Shown here: positions 1 to 11,414 of the stretch, piece by piece
Numbering within the stretch: position 1 is the stretch's first letter
How the letters are laid out: the number at the start of each line of letters is the position of its first letter
Source: Alphaproteobacteria bacterium
Lineage (GTDB): Bacteria; Pseudomonadota; Alphaproteobacteria; MPNO01
Length of the DNA: 64,000 nucleotides
Reading direction: 5' to 3'
Assembly (NCBI GenBank): GCA_964291675.2
Contig: OZ219866.1
Span: 1,344,001 to 1,408,000, forward strand
Notes under the pieces: model-generated
What the model was told of the DNA's origin: nothing
Database searches by the model: none
What the model saw: the letters and a program-made list of their open reading frames with translations, nothing else
Program-made: the position numbers and the translations under genes

Positions 1-8
1 CCCGTGAG

Positions 9-98
9 TGGCGGAGGGAGTGGGATTCGAACCCACGATACCGTTTCCGGTATACACGCTTTCCAAGCGTGCGCCTTCAGCCGCTCGGCCACCCCTCC
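9..98 (-). tRNA. tRNA-Ser (anticodon GGA)
   Basis: Reverse complement reads GGAGGGGTGGCCGAGCGGCTGAAGGCG...CACGC-TT-GGA-AA-GCGTG, long variable arm, GGTTCGAATCC, encoded CCA end. Confidence 0.96.
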
Positions 99-228
99 GT
101 CGGTCGCAATTTAGCACCGGCCATGCCCGGTTCAAGGGCGGACGGTTGACTCGGGAATCGGCGGGCTCGATCATCCGCCGAACGCGTCTTGCGAATTCAC
201 CGCTCCGGATTCACGAAAGGGATTGTCC

Positions 229-1266
229 ATGCCAACGAGATTTTCCACCGCCCTCGGGGTCTTGCCGAGCCGGATGCCGCTCGGCGCCGCGGCGGCCGCC
301 ATGCTGCTCGGCCTCGGCGCGGCCGCCGGCGCGGCCGAGCTCAAGCTCGCGCACTTCATGTCTCCCAAGCATCCGATGGACCGCTTCATCATGCGGCCGT
401 GGTCCGAGGAGGTCGCGGCCAAGTCGGGCGGCAGCCTGAAAGTCCGCATCTTTCCCGGCGGCGCGCTCGGCAAGGGTCCCGTCGCGCAGTACAAGCGCGC
501 GGTCGACGGGGTGGCGGATGTCGCCTTCGGCCTGCCGGGCTTCACCTCGAAATTGTTCCCGCGGGTGGGCGTGGTCGAGCTGCCGGGGATGGCGCCAACG
601 TCGAGCGCTGCGACCAACGCGATGTGGAACGCCATGGGCGAGCTCGCGCCCGAGTTCCGCCGGGTCAAGCTGCTCGCGCTCTGGACCAACGAACGCCAGG
701 TGCTGATGACCCGCAAGCAGCCGATCCGCTCGGTCGCCGACATGAAGGACCTCAAGTTCCGGGTTCCTTCCAAGACCCAGGGCGAGGCGATCAAGGCGCT
801 CGGCGCGGTGCCCGTCTTCATGCCGATCAACCGGGTCTACAACGCGCTCAACACCGGCGTCATCGACGGCGTCTTGACCGGGCCCAGCACGATCAACAGC
901 TTCAAGTTCAACGAGGTCGCCAAGTACTACACCACCGGCTGGCCGCTCGGCCGCTCGCCGTTCTACCTGGTGATGAACAACGCCGCCTTCGACAAGCTGT
1001 CCGACGCCCACAAGGTGCTGGTCGAACGCACCACGGGTCGGGCGATGAGCCTGCGCGCGGCCCAGTTCTACATGCGCGCCGGCAATGCGGGGCTCGACCG
1101 GGTGCGGAAATCCGACAAGCACGAGGTGATCGCGCTCGAAGGCGCGGCGCTCCAGGAGGGCGTCAAGCGGCTGTTGGCGGCGCGCGCGGCGCAGGTCAAG
1201 GCGCTCGATTCGCGCGGCGTGCCGGCGAGCGCGATCCTTAAGGCGATGGGGGTCGCCGGAAGCTGA
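229..1266 (+). CDS. dctP: TRAP transporter substrate-binding protein (DctP family)
   Basis: Signal peptide, LKLAHF, DGVADVAFG, DMKDLKFRVP and YNALNTGVIDG motifs; followed by dctQ and dctM; start could also be TTG at 223. Confidence 0.9.
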   Translation: MPTRFSTALGVLPSRMPLGAAAAAMLLGLGAAAGAAELKLAHFMSPKHPMDRFIMRPWSEEVAAKSGGSLKVRIFPGGALGKGPVAQYKRAVDGVADVAFGLPGFTSKLFPRVGVVELPGMAPTSSAATNAMWNAMGELAPEFRRVKLLALWTNERQVLMTRKQPIRSVADMKDLKFRVPSKTQGEAIKALGAVPVFMPINRVYNALNTGVIDGVLTGPSTINSFKFNEVAKYYTTGWPLGRSPFYLVMNNAAFDKLSDAHKVLVERTTGRAMSLRAAQFYMRAGNAGLDRVRKSDKHEVIALEGAALQEGVKRLLAARAAQVKALDSRGVPASAILKAMGVAGS

Positions 1267-1290
1267 GCCCGGCGCCGGCTCTTGCGGGCG

Positions 1291-1558
1291 AGCCCGCATT
1301 TCTCGCCCCTGTCACGGCCTGCGTCGCGCCCGGGCGTTCGTCCCGCCAGGAGCGGGCCGAAAAGCGTAGCAGGGACTACGGTCGAGGCCCGCGACGAAGC
1401 GGGCGGGCGCCCGGGCGCGACCCTTCGGGCGGCGCTGTCCGGCCGACAGGGTGCGCAGACGCGCTTGTCCGATGTCCCCGCATCGCGCCGCGCGCCTCTC
1501 CTGCCCTGTCGGCCGGACAGCGCCGCGCAGGCCATGACAGGGGCGAGACATGCGGGCT
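1291..1558. repeat. Nested inverted-repeat (three-stem) element between dctP and dctQ
   Basis: Outer IR 1291-1323/1526-1558 (31/33), inner IRs 1323-1336/1408-1421 (14/14) and 1429-1451/1504-1526 (23/23). Confidence 0.85.
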
Positions 1559-2068
1559 AACCTGGAGCGGCTTTCGGGAACCGTCGGCGCCGGCGTTCGC
1601 CTGATGGCGGTCGTCGGCGGCGCGGTGCTGATGTGCCTGATGGCGCTCACCGTGGTCGCGGTGACGCTCAGGAAGTTCAACGATCCGATCCTCGGCACCC
1701 AGGACCTGTCGGAGGCCGGGCTCACCGTCGTCGTGTTCTTCGCCATGGCCTATTCCGGCTGGACCGGCGGGCATATCGCGGTCGACCTGATCGGCAACTT
1801 CGTTTCGGGGCGCAGGCTCGCCGCGCTGGATGCCTCGGTGCGCATCCTCTGCGGCCTGTTCTTCCTCGTCGTCGCCTGGCAGAGCCTCGCCCAGGGGCTC
1901 GACGCGCTGGAGTTCGGCGACGGGTTCAACCTGCTCGATATCCCGCATCACCCGTTCTACTTCGCGATCGCCTTCGGCTCGCTGGCGTTCGCCCTGGTCC
2001 TCGTCGTGCTCGGCCTGCGCGCGGCATTCGGCCTGCCCGAGATCGCAAGACGGAAGGCCGATGAGTAG
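1550..2068 (+). CDS. dctQ: TRAP transporter small permease (DctQ)
   Basis: About 4 TM helices, GGHIAVDL motif, lies between dctP and dctM. Confidence 0.9.
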   Translation: MRANLERLSGTVGAGVRLMAVVGGAVLMCLMALTVVAVTLRKFNDPILGTQDLSEAGLTVVVFFAMAYSGWTGGHIAVDLIGNFVSGRRLAALDASVRILCGLFFLVVAWQSLAQGLDALEFGDGFNLLDIPHHPFYFAIAFGSLAFALVLVVLGLRAAFGLPEIARRKADE

Positions 2069-3365
2069 CTCGCTGATCGGCGTGATCGGTATCCTCGCGC
2101 TGTTCGGCCTGCTCGCCATCCGTATGCCGGTCGGCATCGTCATGATGCTGGTCGGGTTCGTCGGCGTCGGGGTGATGAACGGCTGGCCGGCGGCGCTGGC
2201 GACGCTGGGCAGCGAGCCCTTCGTGATCGCGTCCAATTTCGAACTCATGATCATCCCGATGTTCGTGCTGATGGGGAACCTCGCCTCGATCTCGGGGATG
2301 AGCCGCGACCTTTACGGTGCCGCCTATGCCTGGTTCGGGCACTGGCGGGGCGGGCTCGCCTCGGCGACCATCGCCGCCTGCGCCGGGTTCGCGGCGCTGT
2401 CGGGCTCCTCGGTCGCCTCCGCGGTGACGATGGGCCGCGTCGCCCTGCCGGAGATGCGGCGCTACGACTACCACCCCCGCCTCGCCACCGGCGCGATTGC
2501 CGCCGGCGGCACGCTCGGCATCCTGATCCCGCCATCGACCGGGTTCGTGATCTACGCCATCCTGACCGAGGAATCGATCGGCCGGCTGTTTCTCGCGGGC
2601 GTCCTGCCGGGGCTGCTGCTGACCGCGCTGTTCATGGTGGCGATCGCGATCCAGACCCGCATCCGCCCGGTTCTCGGCCCGCCCGGCCCGGCGCTTCCGC
2701 TGGCCGGGCGGGTGCGGGCGACCGGGCGGGCGGGCGCGATGATCGGCATCGTCGCGGTCACCATCGGCGGCATCTATTCCGGCTTCTTCACCGCCGGCGA
2801 GGCCGCGGGCGTCGGCGCGTTTCTCGCCTTCCTGCTCGCGCTGGCGCGGCGCAGCGTCACGCCGGCCTCGCTCAACGTCACCCTGCTGGAGACCGTGCGC
2901 ACCAGCGCCTTCGCCTTCCTGATCCTGATCGGCGCGCATGTCTTCAACCCCTTCCTCGCGCTGACCCATATCCCGAGCGACCTCGCCGCACTCCTGATCG
3001 GCACCGAGCTTTCCCGGCTCGGCATCCTCGCCATCCTGCTGGCTGCGTTCATCGTGCTCGGCATGTTCCTCGAAGGCTTCGCGATCCTCGTCCTCACCCT
3101 GCCCATCGTGCATCCGCTGATCGTCGAGCTGGGCTACGACCCGATCTGGTTCGGCGTGCTGATGGTCATCGTGCTGGAGATGGGGCTGATCAGCCCGCCG
3201 GTCGGCGTCAACGTATTCGTCGTCAAAGGGATCGCCGAGGACGTGCCGATGCGCGACATCTTCATCGGCATCATGCCGTTCTGGGCGGCGATGCTGGCAT
3301 GTATGGTGCTGCTCGTCATGTTCCCCGAGATCGCGCTGTTCCTGCCCAACCGGATGATCCAGTAG
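2061..3365 (+). CDS. dctM: TRAP transporter large permease (DctM)
   Basis: IPMFVLMG, SGSSVA, GGTLGILIPPS and GLISPPVG motifs; ATG at 2061 overlaps the dctQ end. Confidence 0.93.
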   Translation: MSSSLIGVIGILALFGLLAIRMPVGIVMMLVGFVGVGVMNGWPAALATLGSEPFVIASNFELMIIPMFVLMGNLASISGMSRDLYGAAYAWFGHWRGGLASATIAACAGFAALSGSSVASAVTMGRVALPEMRRYDYHPRLATGAIAAGGTLGILIPPSTGFVIYAILTEESIGRLFLAGVLPGLLLTALFMVAIAIQTRIRPVLGPPGPALPLAGRVRATGRAGAMIGIVAVTIGGIYSGFFTAGEAAGVGAFLAFLLALARRSVTPASLNVTLLETVRTSAFAFLILIGAHVFNPFLALTHIPSDLAALLIGTELSRLGILAILLAAFIVLGMFLEGFAILVLTLPIVHPLIVELGYDPIWFGVLMVIVLEMGLISPPVGVNVFVVKGIAEDVPMRDIFIGIMPFWAAMLACMVLLVMFPEIALFLPNRMIQ

Positions 3366-3395
3366 CGCGGCGGACCCCGAGAGAGAGGCATCGCA

Positions 3396-4733
3396 ATGAC
3401 CCGTCCCGAACCCCGTTCCTATTTCGCCGCGACCGCCGGCTTCGCGACCGGCGAGGACAGCCCGCGCGACTTCCTCGAACGCTGCATCGCGCGGATCGAG
3501 GCGGATGACGGAGAGGTCGGCGCCTTCGTCGCCGTCAACGCCGATGCCGCGCGCGCGGCCGCCGACGCGGCATCGGCGCGGTGGAAGGACGGGCGGGCGC
3601 GCTCCGCCATCGACGGCATGCCGGTCGGCATCAAGGACATCATGGAGACCGCCGACATGGCGACCGAGCAGGGCTCGCCGCTGTTCGCCGGCTGGCAGGG
3701 CGGGCGCGACGCGGCGGCGGTCGCGGCGCTGCGCGAGGCCGGCGCGGCGATCATCGGCAAGACGGTGACCACCGAGTTCGCCGCCACCCACCCGCGCGGC
3801 ACCCGCAACCCCTGGGATCTCGCGCGCACGCCGGGCGGGTCGTCGAGCGGGTCGGCCGCGGCGGTCGCCTGCGGCATGGTGCCGGCGGCGCTCGGCACCC
3901 AAGTGATCGGCTCCATCCTGCGCCCGTCGAGCTTTTGCGGGGTCTACGGCTTCAAGCCGAGCGTCGGCGGCATCAACCGGGGCGGCAGCTTCGATGTGTT
4001 CAGCCAGAGCTGCACCGGGACCATCGCCGCCACGCTCGACGAGACCTGGGTGGTGGCGCGCGAAATGTCCGCCCGCTGCGGCGGCGATCCCGGCTATCCC
4101 GGCCTGTCGGGGCCGAGCGTCCGTCCGGCGGCGCGGCGCCCCGGCCGCGTCGCGGTGCTGGAGACGGCGGGCTGGGAGGTCGCGGGCGACGCCGCGAAGG
4201 CGGAGCTCGCCTCGGTGCGCGGCCGGCTGGAGGCGGCGGGCATCGATTGCCTCGACCGCCGGTCGAGCGATGCGGTGGCGGCGGCCGAGGCGGCGATCGC
4301 CGATGCCGTCCCGCTGGCGCGCAGCGTCAACGCCTGGGAGACCCGCTGGCCGCTCAACACATACGCGCGGGACATGGACGCGGCGGGGCTGAGCGAGGTC
4401 TCGACCGAGCGCCTGGGCGAGGCCGAGGCGATGACGCAGGAGCAGTACCAGGGCCTGCTCGGGGACCGCGACCGGGCGCGCGCCGCCTGGGCGGCGCTCG
4501 CCGAGGAGTGCGAGATCTGCATCACCCTCGCCGCCGCCGGGCCGGCACCGGTCGGGCTCGGCTCGACCGGCGATCCGGTGTTCAACGTTCCCGCCTCGCT
4601 GCTCGGCATTCCAGCGGTCACGATGCCGGTGCTGGAGACCGACGGATTGCCGCTCGGCCTCCAGGCGATGGGATTCGCGAACCGGGACGCGGCGCTGTTC
4701 GCCGCCGCGGCAGGGCTGCTGACGGTGCTGTAG
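3396..4733 (+). CDS. Amidase-signature family enzyme
   Basis: GIKD, GKTVTTEFA, TRNPW, TPGGSSSGSAAAVA, GTQVIGSILRP. Confidence 0.92.
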   Translation: MTRPEPRSYFAATAGFATGEDSPRDFLERCIARIEADDGEVGAFVAVNADAARAAADAASARWKDGRARSAIDGMPVGIKDIMETADMATEQGSPLFAGWQGGRDAAAVAALREAGAAIIGKTVTTEFAATHPRGTRNPWDLARTPGGSSSGSAAAVACGMVPAALGTQVIGSILRPSSFCGVYGFKPSVGGINRGGSFDVFSQSCTGTIAATLDETWVVAREMSARCGGDPGYPGLSGPSVRPAARRPGRVAVLETAGWEVAGDAAKAELASVRGRLEAAGIDCLDRRSSDAVAAAEAAIADAVPLARSVNAWETRWPLNTYARDMDAAGLSEVSTERLGEAEAMTQEQYQGLLGDRDRARAAWAALAEECEICITLAAAGPAPVGLGSTGDPVFNVPASLLGIPAVTMPVLETDGLPLGLQAMGFANRDAALFAAAAGLLTVL

Positions 4734-4736
4734 GGC

Positions 4737-4843
4737 GTCCCTCGATACGGTGCCGACGCGCCTGCTCGGGATGAGGGAGGTATCGGGCCACTCGGCACCC
4801 AACCTCATCCTGAGTAGCGCCCCAAGGGCGCGTATCGAAGGGC
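4737..4843. repeat. REP-like doublet, family A (CYTCGATACG...CTRCTCRGGATGAG / CTCATCCYGAGTAG...CGTATCGARG)
   Basis: Inverted pair of hairpin-containing arms between convergent amidase and lepA; recurs at least 5 more times in the window. Confidence 0.88.
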
Positions 4844-4846
4844 GGC

Positions 4847-6649
4847 CTACTCGTCGCCGATGCGCAGCGCGTCGATGAACGCCGATTGCGGGATCTCGAC
4901 CTGGCCGAACTGGCGCATGCGCTTCTTGCCCTCCTTCTGGCGTTCGAGGAGCTTGCGCTTGCGGGTCACGTCGCCGCCATAGCACTTGGCGGTCACGTCC
5001 TTCCTGAGCGCGCTGATGGTCTCGCGCGCGATCACCTTGCCGCCGATCGCGGCTTGCAGCGGAACCTTGAAGAGCTGGCGCGGGATCAGATCCTTGAGCC
5101 GGATGCAGATCGCCCTTCCGCGCTGCTCCGACCGGCTGCGGTGGACGATCATCGACAGCGCGTCGACCGGCTCGGCGTTGACCAGGATGGCGAGCTTGAC
5201 GAGATCCCCCTCCGCGTAGCCTTCGAGCTGGTAGTCGAAGCTCGCATAGCCGCGGCTCACCGACTTGAGCCGGTCGTAGAAGTCGAACACCACCTCGTTG
5301 AGCGGCAGCCGGTAGACCACCATCGCCCGCCCGCCGACATAGGTGAGCTCGATCTGCGTGCCGCGGCGGTCCTCGCAGAGCGCGAGCACCGCGCCGAGGT
5401 AGTCGTCGGGCACCATGACCGTCGCCTTGATCCACGGCTCCTCGACCCTCCGTATCTGCACCGGGTCGGGCATGTCGGCCGGGTTGTGGACCTCCTCGAC
5501 CGCCCCGTCGCCGGTATGGACGCGATAGACCACGGACGGCGCGGTGGTGATCAGCTCAAGATCGAATTCGCGGGCGAGCCGTTCCTGGACGATCTCCAGA
5601 TGGAGCAGGCCGAGGAAGCCGCAGCGGAACCCGAAGCCGAGCGCGGCGGAAGTCTCGGGCTCGTAGTGGAAGCTCGAATCGTTGAGCCGCAGCCGGGCCA
5701 GGCTCTCGCGCAGATCCTCGTAATCCGCCGCATCGACCGGGAACAGCCCGCAGAACACCACCGGCACGGTCGGCCGGAAGCCCGGCAGCGGCGCCTCGGC
5801 GGGCCGGCGGTCCTCGGTGATGGTGTCGCCGATCCGCGTCTCGGCGACATGCTTGATGCTGGCGGTGATGAAGCCGATCTCGCCCGGCCCGAGGACGCCC
5901 GTCTCGGCGCGCTTGGGCGTGAAGACCCCGACCCGGTCGATCTGGTGCACCGCGCCGGTCGCCATCATGCGGATCTTCATGCCGCGCCTGAGCTCGCCGT
6001 GGCGCACCCGGACCAGGATGATCACGCCGAGATAGGCGTCGTACCAGGAGTCGACCAGCAGCGCGCTGAGCGGCGCCTCGCACTCGCCCTCCGGTGGCGG
6101 AAGGCGTGCGATCAGCGCCTCCAGCACGGCGTCGATCCCCTCCCCGGTCTTCGCCGAGACGGCGATGCAGTCCGCCGCCGCGAGGCCGATCACGTCCTCC
6201 ACCTGCGAGCGGATGCGCCCGGGCTCGGCAGCGGGAAGGTCGATCTTGTTGAGCACGGGGACGATCTCATGGTCCGCGTCGATCGCGAGATAGGCGTTGG
6301 CGAGCGTCTGCGCCTCCACCCCCTGCGTCGAGTCGACCAGCAGGATCGAGCCCTCGCAGGCGGCGAGCGATCGCGAGACCTCGTAGGTGAAGTCGACATG
6401 GCCGGGCGTGTCCATCAGGTTGAGCTGATAGGTCCTTCCGTCGCGCGCCTTGTAGGGCAGGCGCACGGTCTGCGCCTTGATGGTGATGCCGCGCTCGCGC
6501 TCCAGCTCCATGGTGTCGAGCAGCTGGTCGCGGAATTCCCGCTCTTCCACCCCGCCGCAGGTCAGGATCAGCCGGTCGGCCAGCGTCGACTTGCCGTGGT
6601 CGATATGGGCGATGATGGCGAAGTTGCGGATATGCGAGAGATCGGTCAT
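4847..6649 (-). CDS. lepA: Elongation factor 4 (LepA)
   Basis: [53 protein letters not shown]. Confidence 0.98.
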   Translation of the reverse strand: MTDLSHIRNFAIIAHIDHGKSTLADRLILTCGGVEEREFRDQLLDTMELERERGITIKAQTVRLPYKARDGRTYQLNLMDTPGHVDFTYEVSRSLAACEGSILLVDSTQGVEAQTLANAYLAIDADHEIVPVLNKIDLPAAEPGRIRSQVEDVIGLAAADCIAVSAKTGEGIDAVLEALIARLPPPEGECEAPLSALLVDSWYDAYLGVIILVRVRHGELRRGMKIRMMATGAVHQIDRVGVFTPKRAETGVLGPGEIGFITASIKHVAETRIGDTITEDRRPAEAPLPGFRPTVPVVFCGLFPVDAADYEDLRESLARLRLNDSSFHYEPETSAALGFGFRCGFLGLLHLEIVQERLAREFDLELITTAPSVVYRVHTGDGAVEEVHNPADMPDPVQIRRVEEPWIKATVMVPDDYLGAVLALCEDRRGTQIELTYVGGRAMVVYRLPLNEVVFDFYDRLKSVSRGYASFDYQLEGYAEGDLVKLAILVNAEPVDALSMIVHRSRSEQRGRAICIRLKDLIPRQLFKVPLQAAIGGKVIARETISALRKDVTAKCYGGDVTRKRKLLERQKEGKKRMRQFGQVEIPQSAFIDALRIGDE

Positions 6650-6654
6650 CCCGG

Positions 6655-9054
6655 TCAGCCTCGCAGCACGGCCCCCGTCGCCTTGGCGACCGCGGCGACG
6701 ATGCGCTCGCCGACCGCCTCGATCTCGGCATCGGTGAGCGTCGCCTCGCGCGGTTGCAGGGTGACGCAGAGCGCGACCGATTTCCTGTCCGCGCCGAGCT
6801 CGGGTCCGCGATAGACGTCGAACAGCGCCACGTCCGCGATCAGCGCCTTGTCGGCGCCGCGCGCCGCAGCGGCGAGCGCCGCGCCCGGCGTGGCCTCGTC
6901 GACCGCGAAGGCGAAGTCGCGCTCCACCGGCTGGAGCGCGGCGAGATGGAGCATCGGGCGCGATGCCCCCTTCCCCGCCCTGCGCGCGGGAACCGCGTCG
7001 AGCAGCACCTCGAAGGCAGAGGCCGGCCCGCGCAGGTCGAAGCGGTCCAGCACCGCGGGATGCACCTCGCCGAACCGGGCGAGCGGCTTGGGGCCGAGGG
7101 TGAGCGCGGCCGCGCGGCCCGGATGGGACCAGAGGGGCGCGTCGTCGCCGAGGCGGAGATTGTGCGCCGGCACGCCCGCCGCTTCGAGCGCGGCCAGCGC
7201 GTCCGCCTTGGCGTGATAGGCATCCACCCCGGCGCGGGTGCCGGACCAGTGCCGGGGCGCGGTGCCGCCGACGCGGAGCCCGCACGCGGCCTGGGACTGC
7301 CCGTCCCGTCCGGCGGCGTATTGCGGGCCGATCTCGAACAGGGCGATGTCGGCGATGCCGCGGGCGGCGTTGCGCGAAGCCGCCTCCAGCAACTTGGGCA
7401 GGATCGAGGGGCGCATATGCGCGAGCTCGACGCTGATCGGGTTGGCGAGGCGGAGCGACGGCGCGGCGCCGAACGCCTCGGCCTCGTCGCCCGCCATGAA
7501 GGAGAAGGTCACCGCCTCGGTCAGCCCGCGCGCCGCCAGCGCGCGCCGCACCCGGCCGCGCCGGGACTGGGACGGCGACCAGGCGGCGCCCGGAACCGCG
7601 GTCGCCGCGCGCAGCGGGACCGCGGGGATCGCATCGAAGCCGTTGATCCTGAGCACCTCCTCGACGAGGTCGGCCTCGCCCTCGACGTCGGGGCGCCAGG
7701 GCGGCACCGAGGCGGTCAGGCTGTCGCCGGCGTCCTCGATTTCAAAACCGAGGTCGCCGAGGATCCGCTGTGCCGCCCCGTCGTCGACCGCGACCCCGCC
7801 GAGCGTGGCGATGCGCGACTTGCGGAGCGCAATGTTGCGCCGGTGGGCGGGCATCTCCCCGGCCATGGTGAGCGCGCTCGCCTCGCCGCCGCAGATGTCG
7901 AGGATCAGCCGCGCGGCGATCTCCGCCCCCCACAGCGCCGAGGTCGGATCGACGCCGCGCTCGAAGCGGTAGCGGGCGTCCGAGACGATGCCGAGCTTGC
8001 GCCCGGTGGCGGCGGTGCGTACCGGATCGAACAGCGCGACCTCGAGGAACACGCTCGTCGTGTCGTCGCCGCAGCCGGTCGCCTCGCCCCCCATCACCCC
8101 GCCGATCGCGAGCGCGCCGGTGTCGTCGGCGATCACCGTCATCGACTCATCCAGGTCGTAGGTCCGCCCGTCGAGCGCGGCGACGCTCTCGCCGGGCCGG
8201 GCGAAACGCATGGTCGGATCGCCGGAGATCTTCTCGGCGTCGAACACGTGGAGCGGGCGCGCCAGATCGAAGGTGACGTAGTTGGTGATGTCGACCAGCG
8301 CCGAGATCGGCCTGAGCCCGATCGCGATCAGCCGGTCCCGCAGCCATTTCGGGCTCGGCCCGTTGCGCAGATTGCGGAAGGTCCGCCCGACGACGAACGG
8401 GCAGGCATCGCCGTCGCCGTCCGGGAGGTCGCGCCGCCAGGAGAGCGGGCTCTCGAACCCGCCCTCGACCGGGGCGGCGTCCAGCGGCCTGAGCCGCCCC
8501 ATCCCGGCGGCGGCGAGGTCGCGGGCGATGCCGCGCACGCCGGCGCAGTCCGGACGGTTCGGGGTGAGCCCGATCTCGATGACCGGGTCGCCGATGCCGA
8601 GCGCCTCGGCCGCCGGCATCCCCGCGGCGAAGTCGCCGGCGAGGTCGATGATTCCCTCGTGCTCGTCGGACAGGCCGAGCTCGCGCTCGGAACACAGCAT
8701 GCCGCTCGACCCGACGCCGCGGATCTTCGACTTCTTCAGCTTCGTCCCGGTACCCGGGATCGTGCATCCGGCGCGCGCGAACACCCCCTTCATGCCGGTC
8801 CGCGCGTTGGGCGCGCCGCAGACGACGTCGAAGCGCTCGCCGCCGCCGATCTCGACGGTGCAGACGCTGAGCCGGTCGGCGTTGGGGTGCGGCCCGGCCT
8901 CGATCACGTCGCCGACCACGAAATCGGCGAGCGCGGCGGCCGGATCGTCGACCGCCTCGACCTCCAGCCCGATCATCGACAGCCGCTCGGCGATCGCCTG
9001 CAGCGGGGCGTCGCTCTCGAGATGGTCGCGGAGCCAGGAGAGGGTGAACTTCAC
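6655..9054 (-). CDS. pheT: Phenylalanyl-tRNA synthetase beta subunit
   Basis: [32 protein letters not shown]; follows pheS. Confidence 0.97.
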   Translation of the reverse strand: MKFTLSWLRDHLESDAPLQAIAERLSMIGLEVEAVDDPAAALADFVVGDVIEAGPHPNADRLSVCTVEIGGGERFDVVCGAPNARTGMKGVFARAGCTIPGTGTKLKKSKIRGVGSSGMLCSERELGLSDEHEGIIDLAGDFAAGMPAAEALGIGDPVIEIGLTPNRPDCAGVRGIARDLAAAGMGRLRPLDAAPVEGGFESPLSWRRDLPDGDGDACPFVVGRTFRNLRNGPSPKWLRDRLIAIGLRPISALVDITNYVTFDLARPLHVFDAEKISGDPTMRFARPGESVAALDGRTYDLDESMTVIADDTGALAIGGVMGGEATGCGDDTTSVFLEVALFDPVRTAATGRKLGIVSDARYRFERGVDPTSALWGAEIAARLILDICGGEASALTMAGEMPAHRRNIALRKSRIATLGGVAVDDGAAQRILGDLGFEIEDAGDSLTASVPPWRPDVEGEADLVEEVLRINGFDAIPAVPLRAATAVPGAAWSPSQSRRGRVRRALAARGLTEAVTFSFMAGDEAEAFGAAPSLRLANPISVELAHMRPSILPKLLEAASRNAARGIADIALFEIGPQYAAGRDGQSQAACGLRVGGTAPRHWSGTRAGVDAYHAKADALAALEAAGVPAHNLRLGDDAPLWSHPGRAAALTLGPKPLARFGEVHPAVLDRFDLRGPASAFEVLLDAVPARRAGKGASRPMLHLAALQPVERDFAFAVDEATPGAALAAAARGADKALIADVALFDVYRGPELGADRKSVALCVTLQPREATLTDAEIEAVGERIVAAVAKATGAVLRG

Positions 9055-10124
9055 TGGGCGATCCCGGCGGCGACGTTCGGCATGTCGAGCGCCGAAAACC
9101 CGTAATGGCGGAGCCAGCGCAAATCGGAGTCGAAGAAGGTGCGGAGGTCGGGGATGCCGTATTTGAGCATCGCCACCCGCTCCACGCCCATCCCGAAGGC
9201 GAAGCCCTGGTAGCGCGCCGGATCGATGTCGCAGTTCTCCAGCACCTTCGGGTGGACCATGCCGGAGCCGAGGATTTCGAGCCAGTCGTCGCCGGCGCCG
9301 ATGGTGAGCCCGTCGGCCGACCGGCTGCAGCCGATATCGACCTCGGCCGACGGCTCGGTGAAGGGGAAGAAGCTCGGCCGGAAGCGCACCGGCAGGTCGT
9401 CGACGCCGAAGAACGCGCGGCAGAACTCGATCAGGCAGCCCTTGAGATGGCCCATATGGGTCTCTTCGTCGATCACCAGCCCCTCGACCTGGTGGAACAT
9501 CGGCGAGTGGGTGGCGTCGTGGTCGGCGCGGAAGGTGCGGCCCGGCACGACGATGCGGATCGGCGGCTTCTCGACCAGCATGGTGCGGATCTGCACCGGC
9601 GAGGTGTGGGTCCGCAGCAGCGCCCGCTCGCCGTCCTCGTCCGGCTCGAAATAGAACGTGTCGTGGTCCTGCCGGGCGGGGTGCTCGGGCGGGATGTTCA
9701 GCGCCGTGAAGTTGTGGAAGTCGTCCTCGATATCGGGGCCTTCGGCGACCGTGAAGCCCATCTGGCAGAAGATCGCCACGATCTCCTCGATCGCCTGGCT
9801 GATCGGGTGGATGCGCCCTTCCGGCTCCGGTCTCGGCGGCAGCGAGACGTCGATCCTCTCGCCGGCGAGCCGGGCGTCCAGCGCACCCTCCCGGAGCGCC
9901 TCGCGGCGCGCGTCGATCGCCTCGGCGACGGCGGATTTGAGCGCGTTCAGCGCCTGCCCGGCCGCCCTTCGGTCCTCGGGGGCGAGCGTGCCCAGCTGCT
10001 TCATCAGCGCGGTCACGCGTCCCCTGCGGCCGAGCGTCTCGACGCGCAGCGCTTCGAGGGAGTCGAGATCGGCCGCCGCGATCCGCGCGAGCAGGTCCGA
10101 CCGAAGCTGTTCGAGGTCGTCCAT
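9051..10124 (-). CDS. pheS: Phenylalanyl-tRNA synthetase alpha subunit
   Basis: [43 protein letters not shown]. Confidence 0.97.
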   Translation of the reverse strand: MDDLEQLRSDLLARIAAADLDSLEALRVETLGRRGRVTALMKQLGTLAPEDRRAAGQALNALKSAVAEAIDARREALREGALDARLAGERIDVSLPPRPEPEGRIHPISQAIEEIVAIFCQMGFTVAEGPDIEDDFHNFTALNIPPEHPARQDHDTFYFEPDEDGERALLRTHTSPVQIRTMLVEKPPIRIVVPGRTFRADHDATHSPMFHQVEGLVIDEETHMGHLKGCLIEFCRAFFGVDDLPVRFRPSFFPFTEPSAEVDIGCSRSADGLTIGAGDDWLEILGSGMVHPKVLENCDIDPARYQGFAFGMGVERVAMLKYGIPDLRTFFDSDLRWLRHYGFSALDMPNVAAGIAQ

Positions 10125-10158
10125 CCCTGGAGCCGCCGCCCGACGCGCCGCCGCCCGC

Positions 10159-10518
10159 CTAGTCCGCGAGCGCCGCCTGCGCCTGCTCGACGATCGCCCG
10201 GAACGCATCCGGTTCGTGCACCGCGAGATCGGCCAGCACCTTGCGGTCCACCTCGATCCCCGCCCGCTTCACGCCGTTCATGAACTGGGAATAGGTCAGG
10301 CCGTGCTGGCGGACGCCGGCGTTGATGCGCTGGATCCAGAGCGCGCGGAAGCTGCGCTTGCGGTTGCGGCGATCGCGATAGGCGTATTGCAGCCCCTTCT
10401 CGACGCGCTCGATGGCGACCCGGAAGCTGGTCCGGTTGCGCTCGCGGTAGCCGGCGGCCCGGCCGAGGACCTTCTTGTGCCGCGCATGGGCGGTGACGCC
10501 GCGCTTGACCCTGGACAT
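10159..10518 (-). CDS. rplT: 50S ribosomal protein L20
   Basis: [39 protein letters not shown]. Confidence 0.98.
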   Translation of the reverse strand: MSRVKRGVTAHARHKKVLGRAAGYRERNRTSFRVAIERVEKGLQYAYRDRRNRKRSFRALWIQRINAGVRQHGLTYSQFMNGVKRAGIEVDRKVLADLAVHEPDAFRAIVEQAQAALAD

Positions 10519-10528
10519 GGCGCGCTCC

Positions 10529-10726
10529 TCAGGCGTAGGGCAGGTAGGACTTCACCATCCTGGCGTCTTCCGGCGCCATGATTCGGGTCCCGCGCGCCTT
10601 GCGCTTCATCTTCTGCGTGCGCTTGCGCAGATTGTGCCGTTTGAAGGCGAAGTTCGACCGCATCTTGCCGGTCGCGGTGGTGCGAAACCGCTTCTTCGCC
10701 CCGCTCTTGGACTTGAGCTTGGGCAT
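10529..10726 (-). CDS. rpmI: 50S ribosomal protein L35
   Basis: [14 protein letters not shown]...LPYA, 65 aa, upstream of rplT. Confidence 0.96.
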   Translation of the reverse strand: MPKLKSKSGAKKRFRTTATGKMRSNFAFKRHNLRKRTQKMKRKARGTRIMAPEDARMVKSYLPYA

Positions 10727-10877
10727 TTCATCCTCCGTCTCGGGACGTGCAACGCGGACCGCCTCGGCATGCCCCGCGGTTCCGGATCCTCTCGGACCCG
10801 GCCGCTTCGCCGGACGATCCCAAACAGACGGCGGGTTATAGCGGCGCGCGGCGCGGCGCGCAAGCAAGCTGCGGGCG

Positions 10878-11414
10878 CTATTTGGGCGCCATCACCATGA
10901 CCATTTGCCGGCCTTCCATCTTCGGAAGCTGCTCGACCTTGGCGAGCTCCCCGAGCTCGTCGCGCACCCGGAACAGCACCTTCAGCCCGAGATCCTGATG
11001 CGCCATCTCGCGGCCGCGGAAGCGCATGGTCACCTTGACCTTGTCGCCCTCGTCGAGGAAGCGCCGGATGAAGCGCATCTTGACGTCGTAGTCGTGCCGG
11101 TCGATCGCCGGGCGGAGCTTGATCTCCTTGACCTCGATCGTCTTCTGCTTCTTGCGGGCCTCGGTCCGCTTCTTCTGGTTCTCGTATTTGAGCTTGCCGT
11201 AATCGAGGATCTTGCAGACCGGCGGGTCGCTGTTGGGCGATACCTCGACGAGGTCGAGGCCGCGCTCTGCGGCAAGCTCGATCGCATCTGCGGTGGGAAA
11301 GACACCCAGCACGGTGCCGTTGCTGTCGACGACCCTGACGGCCTGAGCCCGGATCGCCTCGTTGACGCCGCGTTCTTCGCGAACCGGCGGCTCCATAATC
11401 GGGGGTCTTGCTAT
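10878..11414 (-). CDS. infC: Translation initiation factor IF-3, probable non-canonical ATA start
   Basis: LDLVEVSPNSDPPVCKILDYGK, GDKVKVTMRFRGRE; in-frame ATA at 11414-11412 with AAGGAG 8 nt upstream (alternative ATG at 11396). Confidence 0.95.
   Translation of the reverse strand: MARPPIMEPPVREERGVNEAIRAQAVRVVDSNGTVLGVFPTADAIELAAERGLDLVEVSPNSDPPVCKILDYGKLKYENQKKRTEARKKQKTIEVKEIKLRPAIDRHDYDVKMRFIRRFLDEGDKVKVTMRFRGREMAHQDLGLKVLFRVRDELGELAKVEQLPKMEGRQMVMVMAPK

Noticed and set aside
8-439. 143-aa ORF over the tRNA-Ser
   Set aside because: Antisense translation of the tRNA (MAEGVGFEPT is a classic shadow ORF)
1926-5435. 1169-aa minus-strand ORF, and similar long ORFs at 4886-6814, 6754-9105, 11563-14127, 18452-22276, 33156-35642 and 61032-63881
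   Set aside because: Arg/Gly/Ala-rich shadow frames expected in high-GC coding DNA; the real genes occupy other frames
4847-7285. Apparent 812-aa extended LepA
   Set aside because: The extension is an alternate frame of pheT; LepA starts at 6649
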